From a bacterium (GTDB lineage Bacteria; UBA8248): a stretch of 64,000 nt of DNA. Numbering within the stretch: the stretch's first letter is position 1; every line of letters starts with the position of its first letter. The DNA lies in contig CBDCRP010000002.1 of NCBI GenBank assembly GCA_965221165.1, positions 960,001 through 1,024,000 on the forward strand, in the 5' to 3' direction. A program made the position numbers and the translations under genes. The notes under the pieces were generated by a model, which saw only the letters and a program-made list of their open reading frames with translations, made no database searches and was not told the origin of the DNA. Positions 20,933 through 30,901 of this stretch are shown piece after piece.

Positions 20933-22465
20933 ATGCTGGCCAAGACGCAAGCAGCAGCCGTCCTGGGTGTGGACGCCTATCCCGTTGAAGTAGAGGTCGA
21001 CCTCGCATCGGGGCTCCCGTATTACTCCACCGTCGGCCTGCCGGACGCCGCCGTCAAGGAGAGCAAGGACAGGATTCGCGCCGCCATCGTCAACACGGGC
21101 TTCATCTATCCGATGGGGCGCATCACCGTGAGCCTCTCGCCGGCGGACGTTCGCAAGGAGGGCAGCGCCTTCGACTTGCCCATCGCGCTCTCGTTGCTGC
21201 GCGCGAACGGGGCGTTTCACGCCCGCTCTCAAACGGAGGATTCCCTGTTGTTCCTGGGCGAACTGGCGCTGGATGGTTCCTTGCGGCCCATCCGGGGGGC
21301 GCTGAACATCGCCGTTCTCGCCAAGAAGATGGGTAAGCGCGGAATCGTCCTCCCGGCGGAGAACGCGCCCGAAGCGGCCGTCGTCGAGAAGCTCGAAGTC
21401 TATCCCGTGCATACGCTTCCCCAAGTGGTGGGATTCATCAGAGAGGAAATCGAGATTCCCGCGGCGTGTTGCCAAAGAAACGGTATCGAGAAAAAAGAAA
21501 CCGGAAAAATCGATTTTCTGGACATCAGAGGACAACACCAGGCCAAGCGCTCCGTGGAGGTCGCGGCATCGGGCTCACACAATCTTTTGATGATAGGCCC
21601 GCCCGGCAGCGGAAAAAGCATGTTGGCGAAAAGATTCCCCACCATACTGCCCCCACTCTCCCTGGATGAGGCCATCGAGACCAGCCAGGTCTGGAGCGTG
21701 CTGGGCAAACTCACGCAGAACGATTCCCTGATTCAGGAAAGACCCTTCCGCGCTCCGCACCACACCATCAGCGACGCCGGCCTGGTGGGCGGAGGGGCGC
21801 TGCCGCTGCCCGGCGAGGCCTCGCTCGCACACAACGGCGTGTTGTTCCTGGACGAGTTGCCCGAGTTTCGAAAAAACGTGCTCGAATCCCTCCGTGGTCC
21901 GCTCGAAGACGGGAAGATCACCATCAGCAGGGCGCAGGCGAGTCTCTCGTTTCCGGCCCGCTTCATGCTCACCGCGGCGATGAACCCATGCAACTGCGGG
22001 TTGCGGGGAGACAGTGCATGCACCTGTACGCCCAAGCAGGTCGCCCGGTATCGCTCCCGCATCTCGGGGCCGATTCTCGACCGCATCGACATCCACATCC
22101 AGGTGCCGAGGGTGCCGTGGAAAGAACTCGCCGAAGACCCCGAGGGTGAAAGCTCGGCGACGATTAGAAGCCGCGTTCTCGCGGCGCAGAAAACCCAGAA
22201 AGCGCGCTTCCAAGAACACCCCGGCATATACGCCAACGCCCACATGGGGCCCGCCCTCATCAACGAACACTGCAAGCTCGACATGGAGGGCATGCGATTG
22301 CTCAAGCTGGCTGTGGAAAAACTGGGTCTGTCGGCGCGCGCCTATCATCGCGTACTCAAAGTAGCGCGAACCATCAGCGATCTGGCCGGAGAAAGAGACA
22401 TCGCCCCCCAGCACGTGGCGGAGGCGGTTCAGTACCGGCAGTTGGATAGACAGATCCCCGTCTAA
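20933..22465 (+). CDS. comM: YifB/ComM Mg-chelatase-like AAA ATPase
   Basis: VGLPDAAVKES, GPPGSGKS, FRAPHH, LAHNGVLFLDE and AAMNPCNCG motifs. Confidence 0.93.
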   Translation: MLAKTQAAAVLGVDAYPVEVEVDLASGLPYYSTVGLPDAAVKESKDRIRAAIVNTGFIYPMGRITVSLSPADVRKEGSAFDLPIALSLLRANGAFHARSQTEDSLLFLGELALDGSLRPIRGALNIAVLAKKMGKRGIVLPAENAPEAAVVEKLEVYPVHTLPQVVGFIREEIEIPAACCQRNGIEKKETGKIDFLDIRGQHQAKRSVEVAASGSHNLLMIGPPGSGKSMLAKRFPTILPPLSLDEAIETSQVWSVLGKLTQNDSLIQERPFRAPHHTISDAGLVGGGALPLPGEASLAHNGVLFLDELPEFRKNVLESLRGPLEDGKITISRAQASLSFPARFMLTAAMNPCNCGLRGDSACTCTPKQVARYRSRISGPILDRIDIHIQVPRVPWKELAEDPEGESSATIRSRVLAAQKTQKARFQEHPGIYANAHMGPALINEHCKLDMEGMRLLKLAVEKLGLSARAYHRVLKVARTISDLAGERDIAPQHVAEAVQYRQLDRQIPV

Positions 22466-22681
22466 TCCTCGCGCCAGAAGGCGATTTTTCCGGTTTGTCT
22501 TTTCGCCTTTCAGGCATGGGGCGCATCAACGGCATCCCCAAAAGGCTGCTTCTCATCACCGCCGCCTTGAGATTGACGCGCATCCGCCTTGTTTGTATTT
22601 TCAGAATCGGGTGGGACGAATACACATCGGGCGATTTTGGATTATACTATGCCCCATCTCTCACTATAGAGGTTCTTGAAT

Positions 22682-23797
22682 ATGGGGACAGAATACGCCT
22701 GGTTTCTCCCGTCGACCAGGGCGGGTGACGGCCACAAGATCAACACCAAGGTGCCTGAGCGAAAACCCACCATCGAGTATCTCTCCCAAGTGGCGAGCGC
22801 CGCGGAGAGGGCCGGCTTCGTGAACCTTCTGGTGCCCACCGGCACCCACTGCATGGACGCCTGGCTCGTGGCGGCGGGCGTGGCGCAACATACCGAAAGA
22901 ATCAAATTCTGCGTGGCGTTTCGCCCGGGCCTCACCAGCCCCGTATTCGCCGCCCAGACGGCGAGCACGCTCGACGCGCTCACCGGCGGACGCTTGACGC
23001 TCAACGTCGTCACCGGTTCGAGCCACGTGGAGCAGATGCGCTACGGCGACCACCTCGAACACGATGAGCGCTACGACAGGACAAATGAGTTTCTGGAGAT
23101 CGTCACACGAATATGGAGCGCCGACGCTCCCATCACCTACAAGGGGAAGTATTTCGACATACGCAAAGCCGCCTTTTTCCCGATCCACGTCTCCAAACCC
23201 TGGCCGCCCATCTATCTCGGCGGAAGCTCGGAGCCAGGCCGACGGGTGGGGGCGAAATTCTCCGACGTGCACATGATGTACGCCGTCGACGTCGAGACCA
23301 TCGCCAAGGACGCGCTCGACATGAGGCGGCGCGCGGCGGAGTTCGGGCGTGAGGATGAGATACAATTCGGCGTGCGGATGCACATCCTCTGCCGGGAGAC
23401 CAAGGCGGAGGCGAAAAAAGCCGCGCAGGCGCTTATCGAGGGAAGCGACATCTCGAACGTGCAGGTCTGGGCCGACATGAAGACCAAAACGGAGAGCACC
23501 GGCCAGACGCGCGTCAACGAACTGGCGAGGGGCGAATCGCTCTGGATCACCGACACCTTGTGGATGGGAGTGAACACCGTTCGCGGGGGCGCCGGCGCTT
23601 CCCTGGTGGGCACCCCCGACATGATCGCCAAAGCGCTCAAGGAATACGTGGACGTGGGCGTTCATACGTTCATCCTCTCCGGCTGGCCGCACGTCGAGGA
23701 AGTGAACATATTCGGACGCGAGATAATGCCCCTGCTCGAGGAAACGGAGCCCATCACCCTGGAGCCGCCCTTGCCCGCACTCGCAGAATACGATTGA
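22682..23797 (+). CDS. LLM class flavin-dependent monooxygenase (SsuD-like)
   Basis: VAFRPG, LNVVTG, YLGGSS, LVGTP and FILSGWPH motifs. Confidence 0.88.
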   Translation: MGTEYAWFLPSTRAGDGHKINTKVPERKPTIEYLSQVASAAERAGFVNLLVPTGTHCMDAWLVAAGVAQHTERIKFCVAFRPGLTSPVFAAQTASTLDALTGGRLTLNVVTGSSHVEQMRYGDHLEHDERYDRTNEFLEIVTRIWSADAPITYKGKYFDIRKAAFFPIHVSKPWPPIYLGGSSEPGRRVGAKFSDVHMMYAVDVETIAKDALDMRRRAAEFGREDEIQFGVRMHILCRETKAEAKKAAQALIEGSDISNVQVWADMKTKTESTGQTRVNELARGESLWITDTLWMGVNTVRGGAGASLVGTPDMIAKALKEYVDVGVHTFILSGWPHVEEVNIFGREIMPLLEETEPITLEPPLPALAEYD

Positions 23798-23829
23798 TAA
23801 GAGAACGCAACGGAAAGAGGAAGCCTTTG

Positions 23830-25008
23830 ATGAACAGTTCCACCGGTGCGCTTTGCGCCGAATCGCAAAAGTGGGTCGACATCGCCGAATCCCTGGGTCA
23901 GGAGAAATTTGCGCCGCGCGCGAAAATGATCGACGAGGAATCGCGCTTTCCGGCAGAGAACTACCAGGACCTGGCCGACGCCGGTCTTCTCTCCCTCATG
24001 GTGCCCAAAGAATTCGGCGGCATCGGCGCGGATTCGCTCACCTACGTCACGGTGCTCTCTAAAATTGCGAAAGGCTGCGCCTCCACCGGCCTCACGTTCA
24101 ACATGCACAGCGCCGTCGTGGATTTTCTGGGACAAATCGCCTCCAAAGAGCAGATGGCGCGCTACTTCTCCGAAGTCGTGAACGAGGGCGCCATTTTCGC
24201 CTCCATCACGAGCGAGCCGGGCAGTTCCTTCCGCGACAAGCTGGCGGTTCGCACCTCCATTCGCGAGGAGAGCGGCGGCTACCGCATTCACGGGAAGAAA
24301 CATTTCTGCTCCCTTTCCACCGGGGCGACCTATTACTTCACCTGGAGTTATCTCGACGGCGCGGAAAGCCTGCAAGACGGACTGCTGAACGTGATGATTC
24401 CCGCCAAGAGAGAAGACATCGAGATCCTCGACGATTGGCACACCATCGGCATGCGCGGAACGGCGTCCAATTCCCTGATGTTTCACGACGTCGCCGTGAA
24501 GGCCGATGAAATCATCGGGGAGCCGGGCAGCATTCTGGGCAAGGACATGAGCATGTGGTCTCTGGGATACACCGCCGTCTACATCGGCATCGCGGAGGCG
24601 GCCTATCAATTCACGGTGGATTACGTGAAGAAAACGAAATCGGGCATGGGGGTTCCTCTGGGCGAACTGGACCGCACGCAGCGCCAGATCGGCGAGATGG
24701 CGATGCTTTTAGAAAACGCGCGCCGCGCCGCCGAGAAGCTGGGCGAGTTGAGAGGAAACCTGGGGAAAATGGAGTTGACCTTCATCCTCAACCAGGCGAA
24801 ATACCTCGCGACCGAAGCCGCCAAAGAACTCGCCGAGCAGGGAATCCGCCTGTGCGGCGGACGCGGGCTTCACCGCTCCTTGCCGCTCGAGCGTCACTTG
24901 AGAGACGCGGTGGCCGGCATCGTCATGCCTCCCGCCAACGACAGGTGCCTCGAAACCATCGGACAGATCGCCCTGGGCCGCGAGGCGAAGACGCTCGATT
25001 TTCAGTAG
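23830..25008 (+). CDS. Acyl-CoA dehydrogenase-fold flavoprotein (DszC/SfnB-like)
   Basis: FNMH, WHTIGMRGTASN and LERHLRDA motifs. Confidence 0.8.
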   Translation: MNSSTGALCAESQKWVDIAESLGQEKFAPRAKMIDEESRFPAENYQDLADAGLLSLMVPKEFGGIGADSLTYVTVLSKIAKGCASTGLTFNMHSAVVDFLGQIASKEQMARYFSEVVNEGAIFASITSEPGSSFRDKLAVRTSIREESGGYRIHGKKHFCSLSTGATYYFTWSYLDGAESLQDGLLNVMIPAKREDIEILDDWHTIGMRGTASNSLMFHDVAVKADEIIGEPGSILGKDMSMWSLGYTAVYIGIAEAAYQFTVDYVKKTKSGMGVPLGELDRTQRQIGEMAMLLENARRAAEKLGELRGNLGKMELTFILNQAKYLATEAAKELAEQGIRLCGGRGLHRSLPLERHLRDAVAGIVMPPANDRCLETIGQIALGREAKTLDFQ

Positions 25009-25162
25009 CGAATCGTCTCACGCGCCCTCATTCGGGTGGCAGGGAAACGGACGAAGGTTTCGCAGGTGGCGGCCCGACCGCAGAGGGGTTTACCTCTCCG
25101 TTTGTCTTGCCATCAAAAAGGTTCTTATCACTCCCCCCTCCGGAGGGGGTAGATTCTCGTCT

Positions 25163-25400
25163 GTAGGGGACGGAACCCCTCCTCGGGGCCGTCCCACGCA
25201 TATATGCGGCCCGGCCGATAAGAGGGGAATGCTGCTCTATGCGGGTCGCATATATGCGGCCCCTACAAAAACGAAAGGCGACAAGGCAGGCGGCCACGGG
25301 GGGCCGCCCCTACGCGATATTTCATTCGCAAGGCATCTCTGCATTCCGCATAAAAGCATTGCGGGACGACGATCAAAAACAAAAGGCGGGTCGCATATAT
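25163..25400. repeat. Cluster of GTAG-type REP palindromes
   Basis: GTAGGGGACGG..CCGTCCC (+, 25163-25195), GTAGGGGCCGCATATATGCGACCCGC (-, 25241-25266) and GTAGGGGCGGCCCCCCGTGGCCGCC (-, 25289-25313). Partial copies at 25197 and 25386. Confidence 0.7.
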
Positions 25401-25500
25401 CAGGGGACAACCCGCCCCCTGATCCTTACGCAATCCCCCCGCGCGCATCCAGAAAACATGATTGTGAAAAACAGCCAGCCAAACAGGGAGGATTTTTCGC

Positions 25501-27057
25501 CTATTCCCTCGTGCCCGCCCTTCCCGCGCGGCGCGGATCGCCAAAGGCGGTGAGGCGATTGCCATCCCCCACTTCCACGGCGTGCACGCCGCCGAAGAAA
25601 TGGTGCGGATACGCGCGGGGTGAAACCTTGAAACCGTTTTCCTGCGCGCACTCCAAAACCGCGTCTTCCACTGCATCCTCCACATGGAGGGAACCGACGT
25701 CCAGGTGCATGCGGGGGGCCTTCACCGCCTCTGCAAGCGGCATCTCCCGGTACAACAGATTCAGGAGGACCTGCGCCACCGCCGTGGGAATGCGGTAGGA
25801 ACCGGGACTGCCGACAGCCAGTCGCAATTTCTCCCCCTCGAAGACGAGGGTGGGGGCATAGCCCGCCATGGGGCGCCTGCCCGCGCCCAGGGAGTTTCCG
25901 CGCCCCGGACGGGGGTCCATCCAGTTCGTATGGTTGTTCAAAACGACCCCCGTGCCCTGAGGCACGACGGCCGAGCCCCACGCCATGCCCAAAGTCTGCG
26001 TATGGCAAACCACGTTGCCTTTGTCGTCCACTATCGTGAAATGGGTGGTGGAACCAGGCTCCGCGTCGTGGATGTGAACGCCGGGCGCTCGCTCCTCCGC
26101 TACCACGGCGGCGGCGTATTCCTTGCTCAAAAGACGCTCCACCGGCATGTCGTAATGGTAGGGGTCGCCATAGACCGAGAACCTGTCGCGAAACGCAGCG
26201 CGCATGGCGCGTGCGAAGGCCAGGCCGCGCGCGCTCTCATCCGCCGCATCCCATTCGGGCAGCAGGACTTCGAGGAAATTCAGTATCTGAATCAGGATAA
26301 GGCCCGAAGAAGGAGGCGGCGCCGTGAAGAAAAGATGGCCCCGATAACGCGAGGCGAGCGGCTCCATCCACCGCACCCGGTAGTCTTTCATATCAGAAGC
26401 ACCCAGATAACCACCGCCGCTTCTCACCTCTTCGGCGATGGCCTTTGAGAGCGCGCCTTCATAAAAAACGCCAACGCCTTTTTCTGATATCTCTTGAAGC
26501 GTTTTCGCCAAATCCGGCTGGCGCAAGCGCGCGCCCTCTGCAAGCGACGCGCCGTTTTCTGAGTGAATGCCCGCGAACTCCGGGTATTCTCCACAAAGAC
26601 TCTTGAAGCGCGGCTCCCCCTGCCGGCGGCAATAGAACCAGCCGACGGGAAAGCCCGCATCCGCCAGACGAATCGCGCTCTCGAACAAATCGCCCCAGGG
26701 CAGCCGCCCGTATTCGCCATGAATGGCTTCCAGCCCGCGCAACAATCCGGGAATCAGGATGGAGCGATGGCCCCGGCTGTGCGCATCGCCGGTGTGTTTT
26801 CCGTTTTCATCGCACTCGAAAATACCCGGTTCCATGCCGACGGGGCACTCGTTTCCGAAATCGATGAACCTCGCTTTTTTCTTACTCTCCCGCCAGAGGA
26901 GCGCCACGCCGCCGCCGCCCAGACCGGAATAGAAAGGCTCCGCCACGCCGAGGGCCAGGGACACGGCCACCGCCGCATCGCAGGCGTCTCCTCCTTCTTC
27001 CATGACGCGCAAACCCGCTTCCACCGCTTTTTCATGGGCCGCCGCTACGGCGAACAT
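25501..27057 (-). CDS. ggt: Gamma-glutamyltransferase family protein
   Basis: SGLGGGG, PPPSSG, STTHF (catalytic Thr), GSPG and DPRR motifs. No signal peptide. Confidence 0.9.
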   Translation of the reverse strand: MFAVAAAHEKAVEAGLRVMEEGGDACDAAVAVSLALGVAEPFYSGLGGGGVALLWRESKKKARFIDFGNECPVGMEPGIFECDENGKHTGDAHSRGHRSILIPGLLRGLEAIHGEYGRLPWGDLFESAIRLADAGFPVGWFYCRRQGEPRFKSLCGEYPEFAGIHSENGASLAEGARLRQPDLAKTLQEISEKGVGVFYEGALSKAIAEEVRSGGGYLGASDMKDYRVRWMEPLASRYRGHLFFTAPPPSSGLILIQILNFLEVLLPEWDAADESARGLAFARAMRAAFRDRFSVYGDPYHYDMPVERLLSKEYAAAVVAEERAPGVHIHDAEPGSTTHFTIVDDKGNVVCHTQTLGMAWGSAVVPQGTGVVLNNHTNWMDPRPGRGNSLGAGRRPMAGYAPTLVFEGEKLRLAVGSPGSYRIPTAVAQVLLNLLYREMPLAEAVKAPRMHLDVGSLHVEDAVEDAVLECAQENGFKVSPRAYPHHFFGGVHAVEVGDGNRLTAFGDPRRAGRAGTRE

Positions 27058-27441
27058 ATGGCCTCCTCCCGTGTCTTCTCCATCATCAACTCCTGAGAAT
27101 CATAAGCACACCAAAGCCCCGAGACGCACTCCCCACTCGGGAACACCAAAAAGACATCCTCGTCCCGAAAGGATTGTCCCGCCCGATTACCGAAAACCAT
27201 GAGCGAAAAGGAAGAAAAAACATGTCTTTCGGGGGGCCTGAAAGACCCGACTGCCCTGCGCCCCGATAGCGAAACGTGAACGCCAGGCGCCGCTCTCAGT
27301 GAACGCAACATATTACATCATCGTGCTTTTCGGCCACTCACGATGGCGAACCTGCATTATTTGCTGTAATTTAAGCAGGTTCTCTTCGTAAATCGCAGAT
27401 TTTGATGCGTCGCCACTTTCCTCGAATTCTGGACCGCACCG

Positions 27442-28788
27442 ATGACAGACAAACCGCCAGATGGGGAAAATCCCGCCCTCACCGGGCCTGCCGAAAGGGA
27501 AAAAAAACCACTGCCCCCCCCCAATCGGCGTCCCCGGAAACGGCGCTTCACATTCTCTTTCGTAAAGAAATTCCTTCTTTTCCTGATCCTCGCCGTGGGC
27601 CTGTTCGCCGCCGCCGAGGGGGGATACTTCTGGTGGCAGCACTGGGAGCGATACGTCTCGACGGACAACGCCTATGTCAAGAGCACGTTGACGCCCGTGA
27701 GCGTCGAAATTCCGGGCGTGGTCAGAAAACTCATGGTCAAGGACAACCAGGCGGTCAGAAAAGGGGACCTCCTTCTCGTCCTCGACAAGCGGCGTCTCGA
27801 AGTGGCTCTCCAAAAAGCCAAGGCCGCCGTGGCCGTCGCCCGCGCGAGATATGAGGCGAGCAAGGTGTCCGTCACCCACTCCATGGGCCGCGCGAGCGGT
27901 CTTCAGCAGGAGGCAAGCGCCCGCCTGGAGACATTGAGGCGCACCCTCCGCTCTGCCCGCTCTCTGCTCGTTCAAAGAAAAAACGAAACGCGCGCCCAAG
28001 CGGCCACGGTGAACCAGGCGCGCGAGGACTGGAACAGAAAACAGCGTCTGCACGAGCAAAAAATCATCTCCGACGAAAACCTGGCGCTCGCTCGTGCTTC
28101 TTATGACGTCGGCAAGGCGAATTACGACGCCTCCCGGGCCGCGCTCAACGTGGAGGAAAACAAGGTTTCGGCGATCGTGAACCAGATCGAAGAAGCGCAG
28201 GCCGCCGTGGCGCTGGCCAAAAACGAAGACCGCTCCCGGCGCATGAAGAGCCATGACGCCGATTCCCTCAAGGCGGAACTCGAAGAAGCCCTGGCCACTT
28301 ACAGGGAAAAAGAGCTTCTCCTCTCCTACACCGAGATTCGCGCGCCCGTGTCCGGCTACGTGGAGAAATCCGTCGACCCGGGAACCTACGTGCAGCCCGG
28401 GCGTCCTTTGTTGCTTATCGTTCAACTCGACAAGGCATACATACGGGCGAATTTCAAAGAAATAAAACTCGAAGGCATCCACGTGGGCCAGCCCGTGGAA
28501 ATCGTTCTCGACGCCTACCCGAACAAATCGTTCAAGGGCCACGTCGAGAGTCTCTACTCGGGCACGGGAGAGACCTTCTCCCTCCTGCCGCCCGAGAACG
28601 CCACCGGCAACTGGGTGAAGGTCACCCGCCGCATTCCCGTGAAGATATTACTGGACGAAACGCCTCCCTCGAACTTCCCGCTTCTGGTCGGCATGTCCGC
28701 CTACGTGACCGTGGATACCAAAATACGGCGCGGCCCCCGCCTGCTGGCATACCCGATGAACAAAAAACCCAAAAACCAGAAACCTTGA
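27442..28788 (+). CDS. HlyD/EmrA family membrane fusion protein
   Basis: STDNAYV, coiled coil, ANFKE and LPPENATGNWVKV motifs. Confidence 0.92.
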   Translation: MTDKPPDGENPALTGPAEREKKPLPPPNRRPRKRRFTFSFVKKFLLFLILAVGLFAAAEGGYFWWQHWERYVSTDNAYVKSTLTPVSVEIPGVVRKLMVKDNQAVRKGDLLLVLDKRRLEVALQKAKAAVAVARARYEASKVSVTHSMGRASGLQQEASARLETLRRTLRSARSLLVQRKNETRAQAATVNQAREDWNRKQRLHEQKIISDENLALARASYDVGKANYDASRAALNVEENKVSAIVNQIEEAQAAVALAKNEDRSRRMKSHDADSLKAELEEALATYREKELLLSYTEIRAPVSGYVEKSVDPGTYVQPGRPLLLIVQLDKAYIRANFKEIKLEGIHVGQPVEIVLDAYPNKSFKGHVESLYSGTGETFSLLPPENATGNWVKVTRRIPVKILLDETPPSNFPLLVGMSAYVTVDTKIRRGPRLLAYPMNKKPKNQKP

Positions 28789-30368
28789 ACGAACAAACGA
28801 CTCCATCCGCTCCCCGAAGCGGGAGGGAAGCCACCTCGGATACGAGTTACCCGACCCCTTTCAACCGCGCGATGATAACGCTCGCCGTCGTATCGGCCGC
28901 GTTCATCTCCATAATGGACGTCAGCGTCGTCAACGTGGTGATGCCGCACATGCGCGGTTCTTTCAACGTCGACCTGTCCACCATCACCTGGGTAGCGACC
29001 ATCTACACCATCGCCCAGATCATCACGATCACCATGTCGGCCTGGTGGAGCACCTTTTTGGGGCGCAAGCGGTATTTCCTCATCTCCTTCGTCATCTTCA
29101 CCCTGGCGTCGATCATGGTCGGCACCTCGCAAACCTTCGCGCAGATGCTCACCTACCGCATCTTGCAAGGGCTGGGCGGCGGCGGGCTCATACCCGTGGC
29201 GCAGGCGATATTGCGCGAAACCTATCCGCCGGACAAACAAGGCTGGGCGATGGCCATGTTCGCGGCAGGCGTCGTAATCGCGCCCGCGATGGGGCCGGTG
29301 GTGGGCGGGTGGCTGACGGAGACGCTCAGCTGGCCCTGGGTTTTCTACATCAACGTGCCCGTCGCCGCCGTGGGAATCACCCTCGTCTCCGTCTACGTGT
29401 TCGACCCGCCCCACATGAAGCGCGGGATCAACAAGGTGGACTGGATGGGCATCATCCTGATCGGGGTCAGCCTCACCGCGCTCCAGGTCGTCCTCGAACG
29501 GGGACAGGACGAGGACTGGTTCGAGTCGAACTTCATCATTTTGATGACGATAGTCACCATCATCACCTTGACGGCGCTGGTCCTCTGGGAGCTCAGGACG
29601 GAAGAGCCCATCGTCGATTTCAGGGTTCTCAAAAACCTGAACCTCGGTTCATCGTGCTTCGTGGTCCTCATCTTCGGAATCGTGATGTTCGGAACCACCT
29701 TCATCCTGCCGCAATTTCTGCAAAACCTGCTCGACCACAGTCCGTATGAAACCGGCCTCGTCATGCTGCCAAGGGGTATCGCACTCTTTTGCATGATGCC
29801 CATCGTGGGGCACCTGTATAACCTGGTGGACTACAGGATATTGATGTGCGGCGGCGTCGCGCTGGCCATGACGTCGTTGTTTCTGATGTCGGGGCTCTCG
29901 TTGCAGACCGACTACTGGGACATGGTGTCGCGCCTCGTCATCCTGGGGTTCGGCATGCCCTTCGTCTTCGTCACCCTGACGACCGTCGCATTCAGCACCA
30001 CGGCGGTGACCGACATCAACTCCGCCACGAGCCTCTACAACCTGGCGCGCCGCCTGGGGGGCAACCTGGGGTTCGCCGTAATGGCGATACTACTCGAGCG
30101 GCGCACCGCTCTTCACCGCACGAACATGGTGGGACACATTACCGAGTCGAACGCCACCTTTCTTCACTACAAGGAGACGCTCTCGGAAATGCTCGTCCGC
30201 AAGCAAATCGACCCGCACACCGCGCAAACCAAGGCGATGGCCCTCATCGAGCAGACCATCGACAAACAATCCGCCATGCTCGCCTACAACGACATCTACT
30301 GGGTCATGGGGTGGTCTTTCGTATTCGTCGTCCCGTTTATTCTGGTGCTGAAAGTCAAGAAGGCGTGA
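28785..30368 (+). CDS. DHA2 family MFS efflux permease (EmrB/QacA)
   Basis: Multiple TM helices; RILQGLGGG, GPVVGG and WVFYINVP motifs. Confidence 0.92.
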   Translation: MNEQTTPSAPRSGREATSDTSYPTPFNRAMITLAVVSAAFISIMDVSVVNVVMPHMRGSFNVDLSTITWVATIYTIAQIITITMSAWWSTFLGRKRYFLISFVIFTLASIMVGTSQTFAQMLTYRILQGLGGGGLIPVAQAILRETYPPDKQGWAMAMFAAGVVIAPAMGPVVGGWLTETLSWPWVFYINVPVAAVGITLVSVYVFDPPHMKRGINKVDWMGIILIGVSLTALQVVLERGQDEDWFESNFIILMTIVTIITLTALVLWELRTEEPIVDFRVLKNLNLGSSCFVVLIFGIVMFGTTFILPQFLQNLLDHSPYETGLVMLPRGIALFCMMPIVGHLYNLVDYRILMCGGVALAMTSLFLMSGLSLQTDYWDMVSRLVILGFGMPFVFVTLTTVAFSTTAVTDINSATSLYNLARRLGGNLGFAVMAILLERRTALHRTNMVGHITESNATFLHYKETLSEMLVRKQIDPHTAQTKAMALIEQTIDKQSAMLAYNDIYWVMGWSFVFVVPFILVLKVKKA

Positions 30369-30475
30369 GTTCCAGACGGTTTCCCGGTAAGCGATGCGGA
30401 CGAAACGGCACTACCCCCAGAGAGAAGGTAATGTGCAAGCTCCGGGGAAGAAACGCCGTAAGGGAAAAAGGAGGG

Positions 30476-30574
30476 CTATCTCTTGGGGTAAATCCCGAAA
30501 GGATCCTTCAGAACTACCTTCCACACGACAATGAGTACGACCACGGCCACTACGATGAACGCAAGCGTTTGCAT
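30476..30574 (-). CDS. Putative 32-aa single-pass membrane protein
   Basis: MQTLAFIVVAVVVLIVVWKVVLKDPFGIYPKR*. GGAGAG lies 10 nt upstream; directly downstream of tRNA-Lys. Confidence 0.55.
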   Translation of the reverse strand: MQTLAFIVVAVVVLIVVWKVVLKDPFGIYPKR

Positions 30575-30607
30575 ATGGAACCGACTCTCCCATGAATGCG
30601 CGAAAAC

Positions 30608-30684
30608 TGGTGGGCCGCCGGGGAATCGAACCCCGAACCCACGGATTAAGAGTCCGTTGCTCTGCCTAGTTGAGCTAGCGACCC
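30608..30684 (-). tRNA. tRNA-Lys(CTT)
   Basis: Cloverleaf with anticodon arm ACGGA-CTCTTAA-TCCGT, GGTTCGATTCC and 3' CCA. Confidence 0.96.
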
Positions 30685-30901
30685 GATATCTGAATTATTG
30701 CCGATCGGTTATCTTCAAACCCGAAGTTAGCACAGCGATCCTCATAACAAAACCGGCGCGGCCCATCAACTCTTGAACAACCTTGAGTGAACCCCGCTTT
30801 GCAGCCCTCCACGCGGCAACCTCCTCAGGGAGCATGAAACCGCAAATCCCGGGTTCGCGCGCGCACGGCCTGCGGCTTTCGTGCTTTTGGCGAACGACAG
30901 C

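Noticed and set aside
25163-25400. CRISPR array
   Set aside because: Repeats differ in sequence and orientation, spacing is irregular, and there are no cas genes.
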